Shown one piece after another: positions 18,655-27,564 of a stretch of DNA of 37,334 nt. The stretch is from a candidate division WOR-3 bacterium. Lineage in GTDB: Bacteria; Hydrothermota; Tepidihabitantia; SM23-42; JAOAFX01. Where the stretch lies: contig JBBILZ010000022.1 in the NCBI GenBank assembly GCA_037444665.1, forward strand, positions 1 through 37,334, written 5' to 3'. The position numbers and the translations under genes are program-made. The notes below the pieces were generated by a model, which saw only the letters and a program-made list of their open reading frames with translations, was not told where the DNA came from and searched no databases. Each line of letters begins with the position of its first letter. Position 1 is the stretch's first letter.

Positions 18655-20157
18655 TCATTTTATTACACTTAATAAATAAAATTCTGGCTTTTTTGTTGTA
18701 TGAACAATCTTATAATTTTCGGGGTTTTGTCTTAGTACCGGCAACAGGTAACGATTAGTAGTACCTGACCATAAAAAATTATCGTAAAGAATATAGTCAG
18801 CTTTCTTTATGGCTGATTTTAATTTTTTTGTATCAGCAGTAAACGGATAGCAGAAAGATTTGTTGCCAGATAAAAAATAAACAAACTCTGGCTTTCGTGC
18901 CATAATAATTTTATCAGTGGTAATATTTTTATCTATCCACTCTATCATTTCAAAATAACGACGCCAATCAATTGAATAACCAGCATACTTATCGCCTTTT
19001 AAATATGCAATATTATTAATAATTGAATTTTTTGCCCTGGGTACGAATTCAATAATATTTAATAAAACAAAAATACTCATTATTACTATACTCAGATAAA
19101 CCATCCTTAGTTTCATGGACAACCAATTGATTGCTTGAAAAAGATAAATTATTATTATGGGTATTATTGGTAAAAGAAAGCGCTCCGAAGCCCAAACTTC
19201 GTTCCAAGATATGATAATGCCGCTGGCAAATATTGTATAAAGCTCTATAAAATTCAGTTTTTTTAAACGTTTTATTAACCCACCGATTGTAAGAAATGTT
19301 AATAATAAACCAAATCCCTGTTTAAAGATGGTTGCTTTTATACAAGGAACTATTGTAGACGGGAGTATTTCGAATGTATAAAAATTGAGGTTATATACTA
19401 CTCTTTTTAGGAAATCATCAAAGTTGATACGAGGGGAATCGTCCACATAAGGGTTCTTTTTTAAGAACCAATAATCATAAGTATTTGAACCAGGCATTGA
19501 TGTATTTAACAATGTCCAGGGAATAAAAAAAACACCGAAGATTAGCAAAAAAAACAAAATTTTTTTATATTGCTTTATATAAAACAGATAAAATATACAG
19601 GCTAAAATTAAAACGATTCCTACTGATCTAATCAAATATGAATAGCTGGCAAAAATTGATGAGAATATAAAGTAAAGTTCAATGTCTTTTTTTTGGTTTG
19701 CTTTTTGGAAAAAATAAATGGCACCAAGAGAGAAAAAAAGGAAGGGCACTTCAGATAGAATCCAATGATTGTATTCAATTAATATTGGGAGAAACAGAAA
19801 AACGAGGACAGGGTGCAGAAATTTTTCTTTAAAAATTTCTTTGCAAATCAGAAACATAAAGATGAAAGAACCTATACCGCATAACAAAGGTATTGTTTTT
19901 AGCAATATTACATTGGGTCCAAAAAGTATATAAATTGGAAGCAATAAAATAGATAAACCGGGAGGATATAATTTAAAGGGTGGCTCACTGGGTAAATATA
20001 TTTCTCTGTATCCGTTTCCTTCTATTATGGATTCAGTTAATGTGATGTATCTAACATTATCGCCACCAATGAATAATTTCGGGTCAAATAATAGAAGCGA
20101 AAAGATAGAGTATAATATCAAAAAAAACCAAAAAATTTTATTTTTTTTGCCGAACAT
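18655..20157 (-). CDS. GT-C fold (ArnT/PMT-like) membrane glycosyltransferase
   Basis: GGDNVRY, YPPG, ILSEVPF and RFLLP motifs; multi-TM. Confidence 0.75.
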   Translation of the reverse strand: MFGKKNKIFWFFLILYSIFSLLLFDPKLFIGGDNVRYITLTESIIEGNGYREIYLPSEPPFKLYPPGLSILLLPIYILFGPNVILLKTIPLLCGIGSFIFMFLICKEIFKEKFLHPVLVFLFLPILIEYNHWILSEVPFLFFSLGAIYFFQKANQKKDIELYFIFSSIFASYSYLIRSVGIVLILACIFYLFYIKQYKKILFFLLIFGVFFIPWTLLNTSMPGSNTYDYWFLKKNPYVDDSPRINFDDFLKRVVYNLNFYTFEILPSTIVPCIKATIFKQGFGLLLTFLTIGGLIKRLKKLNFIELYTIFASGIIISWNEVWASERFLLPIIPIIIIYLFQAINWLSMKLRMVYLSIVIMSIFVLLNIIEFVPRAKNSIINNIAYLKGDKYAGYSIDWRRYFEMIEWIDKNITTDKIIMARKPEFVYFLSGNKSFCYPFTADTKKLKSAIKKADYILYDNFLWSGTTNRYLLPVLRQNPENYKIVHTTKKPEFYLLSVIK

Positions 20158-20163
20158 ATGCTC

Positions 20164-20191
20164 ATTATAAATAATTTTTAGAGTTTGTCAA
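20164..20191 (-). promoter_or_regulatory. Promoter TTGACA-N16-TATAAT, probably leaderless
   Basis: 6 nt before the ATG at 20157. Confidence 0.78.
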
Positions 20192-20272
20192 GTTGCGTTA
20201 TTTAATTGTTAGTTGAAATGATACGCAGAGATACTGTTAATGGGGGAAATCAGATATCATTGCTGAATTTTT

Positions 20273-22009
20273 TTATTCTTCAATGATTCTGAATTCTGTT
20301 CTGCGGTTTTGTGCCATACCCTCTTCTGTATCATTTGGGGCAATGGGCTGGGTATCTGCATAGCCACGAGCAAACAATCGCTCCGGCTCAATATTAAACT
20401 TTTCAATCAAATATCTTCTCACTGCCTCAGCACGGGCAAGGGATAATTCCCAGTTTGATGGAAACTCAGTAGTATTTATCTCTCGCGGGTCAGTATGACC
20501 ACTCAATTCCACCTTAATATCTGGATTATCAAGCAAGATTTTGCCCGCCTCATCAAGGTATGGCAAAAATTCAGGCTTTAAATCTGCCTTACCTGTATCA
20601 AAATTCACTCCCTTTAATACAATCCTTTCCCGCCTTTTTATTAAGTAGATCTCTTTTTCTGTTAATTTTCCTGGCTCTACAATTACAGAGCAGGTCTGAA
20701 CAATATACCGCGGATCCTTTCCTGAAACAGTTAAAATATAAATCCCGGGTGGTAAATTACGCAAGATAAATGAACCAGAGAGAGAATCATTATCTATTGT
20801 TCCAAGTGCCATTCCTTTATATAAAATACTTGCACCAATCGGCTTTTTGGTTACTGCATCAAAGACCATACCACGCAAAATGCCTGACTTAACTTTATAA
20901 AGGCTGATGACCTTTTCAAAAGTTCCTTCCGGCTCAATAAATATTGAATCTATATGCTCAGGATACCCGGCAACAAATGTGCTGATGATAATATTACCCG
21001 CACCAAGATTTTTAAATTCTATTTTTCCAGTCTTGTCAATCTGAAAATTTCCCTGTTTCACACCACTGAGACTGATATTGGCAGGTAATGGCTCTTTGGT
21101 TTCACCATCCATAACCATAATTTTAAGTTTATTTATAGGTTTGATAATTCCTAAACTTCTGCTCAAACTCAACCGATGTGTGAGCCCTAATTTACCATAA
21201 GGCACAAACGCATAGTCAAATTTCCATCCTGCGTAATTTATGCCAAAACCTGTAGTAAATCCTGATAACCAGCTTAGTTCAGAGATATTATATGGACCAC
21301 TACGCCAGCCCGTGCGTATTGCAAATGTGGGATTTATATAATACTCTAAACCAAAATTTGCACGAATGATGTTGTCTGCCGGCAGGGTTAAATCAAGTAA
21401 TAGGTTTAATGGCTCTATCCGCTGATAAACTAAACCAAGTTTTATTTCTGAAGGAATATCAACACGATAACTTAAATTTTTTATTGAGGCGCCAATTTGG
21501 ATATCTTTACTTAAAATTAATTTTGCTCCGAGGTCAAAACCAAAATCATAAAGACGCTGCTCATAAAGGTCTTCAACCATTGCCTTTATAGCAAGCCCAC
21601 AGGCAACCCGCTCCTTTAAATACTTTCCATAACCCAGGGTAAATATCCCGCTCCAGAGATTTCCTGCACCCAATGGATTGTTATTCTCATCCCATATTTC
21701 AACATCTTTATTTGATGAGTAAACACCACTCAATGCTACATAACCATCAAGACCAGGCATCCCAAAGATAAAGAACTCATCACGAATATCCTGAAACCAT
21801 TCATGGTGGGAAACAAAGAATTGTAGGTCTTCTATTCCTGATAAACCTGCTGGATTCCAGTGCAGTGCAGTAATATCGTCTGCCAGACCAATAAATGTTT
21901 CACCTATTGCCACTGGTCTTGGACCCACACCAATCTTTAATAAAGGATACATCGTAGTCCCAACATCACCATTAGAGAAGATGGCAAAAAGATATAGAAA
22001 GATAATAAT
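20273..22009 (-). CDS. PorV/PorQ-like beta-barrel + carboxypeptidase-regulatory-like domains + OmpA C-terminal domain
   Basis: GVGPRPVAIG, HWNPAGL, DYAFVPYG (PorV-like); FDTGKA, GHTD, NWELSLARA, NRRTEF (OmpA). Start uncertain: ATG at 21952, or upstream ATT at 22009/22006 which would add a signal peptide. Confidence 0.8.
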   Translation of the reverse strand: MIIFLYLFAIFSNGDVGTTMYPLLKIGVGPRPVAIGETFIGLADDITALHWNPAGLSGIEDLQFFVSHHEWFQDIRDEFFIFGMPGLDGYVALSGVYSSNKDVEIWDENNNPLGAGNLWSGIFTLGYGKYLKERVACGLAIKAMVEDLYEQRLYDFGFDLGAKLILSKDIQIGASIKNLSYRVDIPSEIKLGLVYQRIEPLNLLLDLTLPADNIIRANFGLEYYINPTFAIRTGWRSGPYNISELSWLSGFTTGFGINYAGWKFDYAFVPYGKLGLTHRLSLSRSLGIIKPINKLKIMVMDGETKEPLPANISLSGVKQGNFQIDKTGKIEFKNLGAGNIIISTFVAGYPEHIDSIFIEPEGTFEKVISLYKVKSGILRGMVFDAVTKKPIGASILYKGMALGTIDNDSLSGSFILRNLPPGIYILTVSGKDPRYIVQTCSVIVEPGKLTEKEIYLIKRRERIVLKGVNFDTGKADLKPEFLPYLDEAGKILLDNPDIKVELSGHTDPREINTTEFPSNWELSLARAEAVRRYLIEKFNIEPERLFARGYADTQPIAPNDTEEGMAQNRRTEFRIIEE

Positions 22010-22018
22010 ACTGCACCC

Positions 22019-25000
22019 CTATTTTATTATCACTGCCTTTTTCTTTGCGACGAGATGTTCACCATCATCAGCAATAAAGTCAAAGACATAGATATAAACA
22101 CCCGGAGCAAGTTTCTTACCTGCATCATTCTTGCCATCCCAGGGATAGTAGTGTATTCCAAAATCATAATGCCGATTTATAATCAACTTCCGCACCAGCT
22201 CACCATTGCGGGTAAAAATCTGCAAATTGACATAACCTGACTTGGGCAGACTAAACATAAACCGTGTCTGCTCCTGAAAAGGATTGCGAAAATTGTGCAC
22301 CTCAAACGGCGGCACAAGAATCGTCCTTAATACCACACTATCCCTTATCTCACTCCACATACTACACTCACCATATACCACTAAATCAAAATATACCAGT
22401 GTATCCAATAACCCACTGAAGTCAAAATGCTCAGGCGCAATTATTCGCACCTTAAAGACACTTGTCACACCAGGACTCACCAAACCCAGATCAATCAAGC
22501 CATCCCCATTATTATCCTGCAAAAGATTATTATCCTTATCCAGCATCTCAACCCGCCAACCAGTAACCTCCTCACTCCTCTTGATATTCACCACATCACT
22601 CAAATTTGCCTGTAATAACCCACGCAACCAATAATCCACACTCCTGCCCGGCTCAACCCACTTGCTCTGGTCCGGCTCAACCACCAATCCCCAGATCCCA
22701 CCCAGGCATTTGGTCCTCAAAACCGCATCATCATAGATTCCAGAATTATTGCTGGAGCGGGCACGCACTAAAACTGTGTCAATTACACCCTGACCCACCT
22801 GAGGAATAATCACCCGCACTAATAGACTCTCACAACCACCAAAACCATTCACCAAACCTAAATCCACCAGGCCATCATTATCTGTATCTGTAAGCAGATT
22901 ACCTGGTAAATCACACAACATATAATTGAAATCACCACCAACAATTAATAAATCTATCACATCTCCGGCATTGCCTAAATTGTTTACCCATAATACATAC
23001 TCAACCGTATCTCCACAATTCCCTGAATCTGAACGGTCCGGCTCAATCAAAACCTGGGCAAATGTACCCACGGTCAAAACACAGATTGAAGAATCACGCA
23101 CAGTCGTATCCTGACCCGAATAGCCATAGACAAAGATCGTATCCCTTGTGCCGGAAGGCGTATTTGAAGGAATCAAAACCCGTAGATTAAAGTCCACTTC
23201 CACACCTGATGGGCCTATACCGGGCAAATCAACAAATCCATTGCTGTTGTGGTCAGTTAATTGATTGTATATTGAATCTAATAATTGATAAGAGTATCCC
23301 AGATGGTCAATATAACGCAAATCAATCGTATCAGTAAAATTCTGATTGTTACGGCAGGACAGAGAGAAATTGACCCAGTTACCAGGCAGACCATTTGCAG
23401 TCTGGTCAGGAAAGATGATAATTGAGCCAACACCCTCAATGATTGTAATAACCCGGGCACTATCAGTTATTACTGAATTTAGATTGGAACGACCGATTAA
23501 AATCAATGTATCAGACTCACCTGCTATGGCAGTATCAGGTGAATAGACCACTAACCTGAATTTTACCGAATCTAAACTATTAACCCAGAGGTCAACCAGA
23601 CCATTATTGTTGTGGTCAATAAGGGGAATACCATTAGAATCCAATAGTGCAATACCCCAGGGCTTGTTGTGGTGATAATACAAGTCCACAGTATCTTGAT
23701 TTGTGCCCTGATTATAGACCCATAAATCATAATTCTTTGGCACACCCGCAACTGTATAACCAATCTGGTCAGGCTCAACCAAAATCGCCACCAATCTTTG
23801 GATTCTTGTAGTAATAAAAACTGTATCTGTAAGCGCTGGATTGATATTGGAATTACCAATTAGCCTTAATGAATCTATCTCACCACCCTGTGCACTACCC
23901 GGTGGTGTAACTGCCAGAACAATTGGCATTGTATCATTAATATTGATAATCACATCAGGAAGGGAATTGTTATTATGGTCAATCAAGGGATTTGTGCCCG
24001 TAGAATCAAATAATCCAATCTGCCAGCTTGTATTATGTTGATACATTAAATCAACTGTATCAAGACCAATCCCAATATTTATCACCCTTACATCATAATC
24101 CACGCGCACATTAGGTAATGTTGAATCTGCCTGATTCGGCTCAAGGATGAGTTTTATTGACGGACCATAACCAATCCGCACCTCATATAAATAAGGAAGA
24201 TACGAAGGATTAGTATATTTTAACCGCGCACGATATTGAAGATACCTTGAATTTAAGCTATCAGAAATCTCTTCACCTTTGCCCAGTGAATCCCACCCGC
24301 TCCAGGAAGTATCTGGATTGGGTGTATTACCACTCCGCACAAAGAGGGCAATGTTTGAACCTGGTGGTAAACTATCATCCCAGTCAATGATTCCCCAATC
24401 AACCTCTTCATTAGCATCAAAGACTGAAGAGATATAATCCTCGTAATATTTGCGATTATACACATTCCCGATCTCCCGAAACATTGCATGATGGTCACTG
24501 TCTGTAGGAATTATAGTGTTAGTATTAAATGATGGTCCCCAGAATATGTAACTTGATGTTCCTGGAGTGATGGTGTTGCTGAAGATATCAAGATGACCAT
24601 CAAAATTATAATCACCGATTGTTCCACCTGAAGTCTCTATGGGAATACCAAACCATGTCTTATTATTATCAGAGTAGCCTGTAGAACTTCCCCAGTAAAT
24701 TGCCTGTTCGTGAGAACCATACCCACCACGATGATAAACAATATCCAAAAAACCGTCGGCGTTAACATCTGCAACTGAACTTCCACCATAACAATAACCA
24801 GGATTCAATATTTGCATATTACCTGGAGAATAGCCAGAGGCACTACCCCAGTAAATATAAGATTGTGGTTCATACCAGAAAGTTAAAATTAAATCAAGAA
24901 ATCCATTATCATCAAGGTCTGCAATAGTTGTGCCGTGGCAGCCTTCAAGTCCTGGTAATTGAATGTAATTTGAAGGTGAAAATCCTGAACTACTTCCCCA

Positions 25001-25672
25001 GTAAATCCTGTAAATATCTGTGCTATATACAAGAATCAGGTCAAGCCAATTATCTTTGTTAAAATCTCCAACTTCAATATTATGCTCTCCACTATAACTG
25101 GGTAAATCTGTGCGGTTATTATAGTTATAACCTGTTGCACTACCCCAGAAGATCGTTCCATAGCCTGAACTAACTAATCCTACTGCTATGTCTAAGTAGC
25201 CATCCTTATTAAAATCAACAAGATAGCAGGATTCAGAATTTAATGGTGCAAGTTCAAAATAATTTCCGGGATTTGGTCCAGTAGATGAACCCCAATAGAT
25301 TCTAATATTTTCATACCTGTGTGTAGCAATAAAATCTGCATAGCCGTCACAATTTATATCTCCTGCATCAGAATTACCACCACCACCAGTAGGAAACAAT
25401 GTATTATTCCCTGGCACATAGCCACTTGAACTACCCCAGTAGATTTTAATATATGGACCATCCTTGTCTGCAGTAAACAGATCAATAAATCCATCGTTAT
25501 TTAAATCAAAACGGGGTGCAAATTCTATTGTTCCATTATAACGATGAGATGCATAAATATTTTTTTCATAAACACCATCAGCAAAATCAGACTGCGAAGT
25601 TTCTATCCACATATCAGCATTAAGAAATGTAATTGCAATACATAATGTGACCAAGAAAAAGACTTTCACCAT
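22019..25672 (-). CDS. Large secreted protein: FG-GAP propeller, five ~120-aa repeats, FlgD-Ig/T9SS-like C-terminal domain
   Basis: Signal peptide; repeated DxNxDG.LD and IYWGS motifs; repeats beginning EPNQ/EPDQ/FPDQ/EPDR/EPDQ; C-terminal NPF...WDGKNDAGKKLAPGVYIY. Confidence 0.85.
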   Translation of the reverse strand: MVKVFFLVTLCIAITFLNADMWIETSQSDFADGVYEKNIYASHRYNGTIEFAPRFDLNNDGFIDLFTADKDGPYIKIYWGSSSGYVPGNNTLFPTGGGGNSDAGDINCDGYADFIATHRYENIRIYWGSSTGPNPGNYFELAPLNSESCYLVDFNKDGYLDIAVGLVSSGYGTIFWGSATGYNYNNRTDLPSYSGEHNIEVGDFNKDNWLDLILVYSTDIYRIYWGSSSGFSPSNYIQLPGLEGCHGTTIADLDDNGFLDLILTFWYEPQSYIYWGSASGYSPGNMQILNPGYCYGGSSVADVNADGFLDIVYHRGGYGSHEQAIYWGSSTGYSDNNKTWFGIPIETSGGTIGDYNFDGHLDIFSNTITPGTSSYIFWGPSFNTNTIIPTDSDHHAMFREIGNVYNRKYYEDYISSVFDANEEVDWGIIDWDDSLPPGSNIALFVRSGNTPNPDTSWSGWDSLGKGEEISDSLNSRYLQYRARLKYTNPSYLPYLYEVRIGYGPSIKLILEPNQADSTLPNVRVDYDVRVINIGIGLDTVDLMYQHNTSWQIGLFDSTGTNPLIDHNNNSLPDVIININDTMPIVLAVTPPGSAQGGEIDSLRLIGNSNINPALTDTVFITTRIQRLVAILVEPDQIGYTVAGVPKNYDLWVYNQGTNQDTVDLYYHHNKPWGIALLDSNGIPLIDHNNNGLVDLWVNSLDSVKFRLVVYSPDTAIAGESDTLILIGRSNLNSVITDSARVITIIEGVGSIIIFPDQTANGLPGNWVNFSLSCRNNQNFTDTIDLRYIDHLGYSYQLLDSIYNQLTDHNSNGFVDLPGIGPSGVEVDFNLRVLIPSNTPSGTRDTIFVYGYSGQDTTVRDSSICVLTVGTFAQVLIEPDRSDSGNCGDTVEYVLWVNNLGNAGDVIDLLIVGGDFNYMLCDLPGNLLTDTDNDGLVDLGLVNGFGGCESLLVRVIIPQVGQGVIDTVLVRARSSNNSGIYDDAVLRTKCLGGIWGLVVEPDQSKWVEPGRSVDYWLRGLLQANLSDVVNIKRSEEVTGWRVEMLDKDNNLLQDNNGDGLIDLGLVSPGVTSVFKVRIIAPEHFDFSGLLDTLVYFDLVVYGECSMWSEIRDSVVLRTILVPPFEVHNFRNPFQEQTRFMFSLPKSGYVNLQIFTRNGELVRKLIINRHYDFGIHYYPWDGKNDAGKKLAPGVYIYVFDFIADDGEHLVAKKKAVIIK

Positions 25673-25692
25673 ATTTACCTCTTTATAATTAA

Positions 25693-25720
25693 ATTATACT
25701 TAATAAAAAATTAATGTCAA
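25693..25720 (-). promoter_or_regulatory. Promoter TTGACA-N16-TATAAT followed by SD GAGGT
   Basis: 20 nt before the ATG at 25672. Confidence 0.75.
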
Positions 25721-25764
25721 GATAATAAAACAAATTTGTTCATAAAAATTAACCCTAACTAATT

Positions 25765-26565
25765 TTACAATTTTTTAGAGATTATTGTCAAATGGTGGGC
25801 AAATTTTGATAGGGGAGTGTGGAGTAAAAATTTGTTTAATACTCGTAAAACCGGATAAATTGGATTAATCAACTGGTATGGATGGTTGATCAGCATATCT
25901 GCCCTTTCAAAAAAAATAATATCAAATCCTAAATTATTCAATAGTCTTTTTATGCTATTATAAGACCAGAGATACTCATGCGACTCCATCCCCAATTTCC
26001 TTGCAATAAATTCAGTATAAGATGTCTTCTGGGGTAGTTGAAAGATATAGAAGAGCCCTTTTTTCTTCAATACCCTTTTTATTTCCTTCAATATATTATG
26101 GAGTTCTTCTGGTGGAATGTGTTCAATGACTGCATAGGTAAATACAATATCAAAAGATTCATTATCAAAAGGAATATGCATCCCATCATAAAACTGGAAA
26201 TTTACTTTAACTTTATTTTGTATCAGTCTCCACACATTCTTCATACTTTCATCTCTGGTGCGTTTATGTTCTTCTGCCTTGCCCTTGAAAAATCCATCAA
26301 GTGATTTATCTTCAACAGTCTCCAATCCAATAACATTGTATCCCATATTTGCTAAAAGATAGGATTGCAATCCTATGCCACAACCAAAATCTAAAATTTT
26401 CTGCAGAGGCGGACTCTTTCTCTGAAGAATTTTCAGGTCATCAATCACATTGTTTAAATGTCCCTTTGATGAATAGGCACGAAAGCATTTTCTTAAAAAA
26501 GCAAGTTCTTCACTGGATACTAAATTCTGTAGTTCGCCCCATATTTCTGATATCAATCTTTGCAT
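25765..26565 (-). CDS. Class I SAM-dependent methyltransferase
   Basis: LDFGCGIG, PFDNESFD, VIEHI, RVLKKKG. Confidence 0.88.
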   Translation of the reverse strand: MQRLISEIWGELQNLVSSEELAFLRKCFRAYSSKGHLNNVIDDLKILQRKSPPLQKILDFGCGIGLQSYLLANMGYNVIGLETVEDKSLDGFFKGKAEEHKRTRDESMKNVWRLIQNKVKVNFQFYDGMHIPFDNESFDIVFTYAVIEHIPPEELHNILKEIKRVLKKKGLFYIFQLPQKTSYTEFIARKLGMESHEYLWSYNSIKRLLNNLGFDIIFFERADMLINHPYQLINPIYPVLRVLNKFLLHTPLSKFAHHLTIISKKL

Positions 26566-26571
26566 TTTTTT

Positions 26572-26639
26572 ATTATAAATATAATAAAGTCAAAGTCAAT
26601 ATTTATCAGGATTGACAAATAAATCGGGATACATATACT
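26572..26639. promoter_or_regulatory. Back-to-back divergent promoters, both probably leaderless
   Basis: - strand TTGACT(26599-26594)-N16-TATAAT-N6-ATG; + strand TTGACA(26612-26617)-N16-TATACT-N6-GTG. Confidence 0.75.
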
Positions 26640-26645
26640 TGTTTT

Positions 26646-27557
26646 GTGAAAAGATTAAAACAATTTATTACCGCGATTGTTGTTTTAATAATATTCTATT
26701 TTCTAATATCCAACTTGATAAAGAATTGGCGCGGGATTCCGTTCAATAATTTACATTTTAATTTTATCTATCTAATCATTTCCTTTATATTTTTATTTAT
26801 TAATTTTTTTATATTTGTTGAGGGATGGCGTAATATAATCATTAAGTTGGGTGATACAATTGATTTTAAGCGTGCATTCTGGATAATGTCTGCTTCACAA
26901 ACAGCAAAATATGTACCAGGCGGAATATGGTTTGCTCTGGGTAGAATCCATCTTGGAAAAGGAGAAAATTTAAGTCCAGAAAAGATTGGTTTAAGCGTAA
27001 TTATTGAAACCGTGCTTACTTTTTTGGTCGGCATCATAATATTTATTTTTTCAATCTCTTTCAGTGGCTACGCAAAGTTAAATAATTTTATTTATGTCAT
27101 TCCTGCATTTCTGTTTTTTTTAATTATATTATACCCTCCTATTCTTTGCTGGTTAACAAATTTTGGCTTAAAAATTGTCAAAAGACCACCCATAAATTTA
27201 ACGATTTCATATTTTGAACTTTTAATCCTTTCTATTTATTTTCTTGGACTATGGGCTGCCCAGATAATAGGTTACTATTTTTTAATAAATTCCATATATT
27301 CTGTTCATATTAGTAAAATATACATACTCGGTGCAACATATACCCTCTCCTGGATGAGTGGTTTTATTGTTATCTTTGCTCCTGGTGGTTTGGGCGTAAG
27401 GGAAGGAATGATGTCTTTATTATTATCTTCATTTATCCCATCACCACTGGCGATTGCAATAAGTTTCTTATCGCGGGTCTGGATAACCGTATTTGAAATT
27501 GTAGTATTTTTTATTGGACTTGCAATTCACAAATTTTCCAGCAAAAATATTTCCTGA
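26646..27557 (+). CDS. Lysylphosphatidylglycerol synthase TM / flippase-like membrane protein
   Basis: AKYVPGGIW and PGGLGVRE motifs; multi-TM. Confidence 0.85.
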   Translation: MKRLKQFITAIVVLIIFYFLISNLIKNWRGIPFNNLHFNFIYLIISFIFLFINFFIFVEGWRNIIIKLGDTIDFKRAFWIMSASQTAKYVPGGIWFALGRIHLGKGENLSPEKIGLSVIIETVLTFLVGIIIFIFSISFSGYAKLNNFIYVIPAFLFFLIILYPPILCWLTNFGLKIVKRPPINLTISYFELLILSIYFLGLWAAQIIGYYFLINSIYSVHISKIYILGATYTLSWMSGFIVIFAPGGLGVREGMMSLLLSSFIPSPLAIAISFLSRVWITVFEIVVFFIGLAIHKFSSKNIS

Positions 27558-27564
27558 AAAGATT

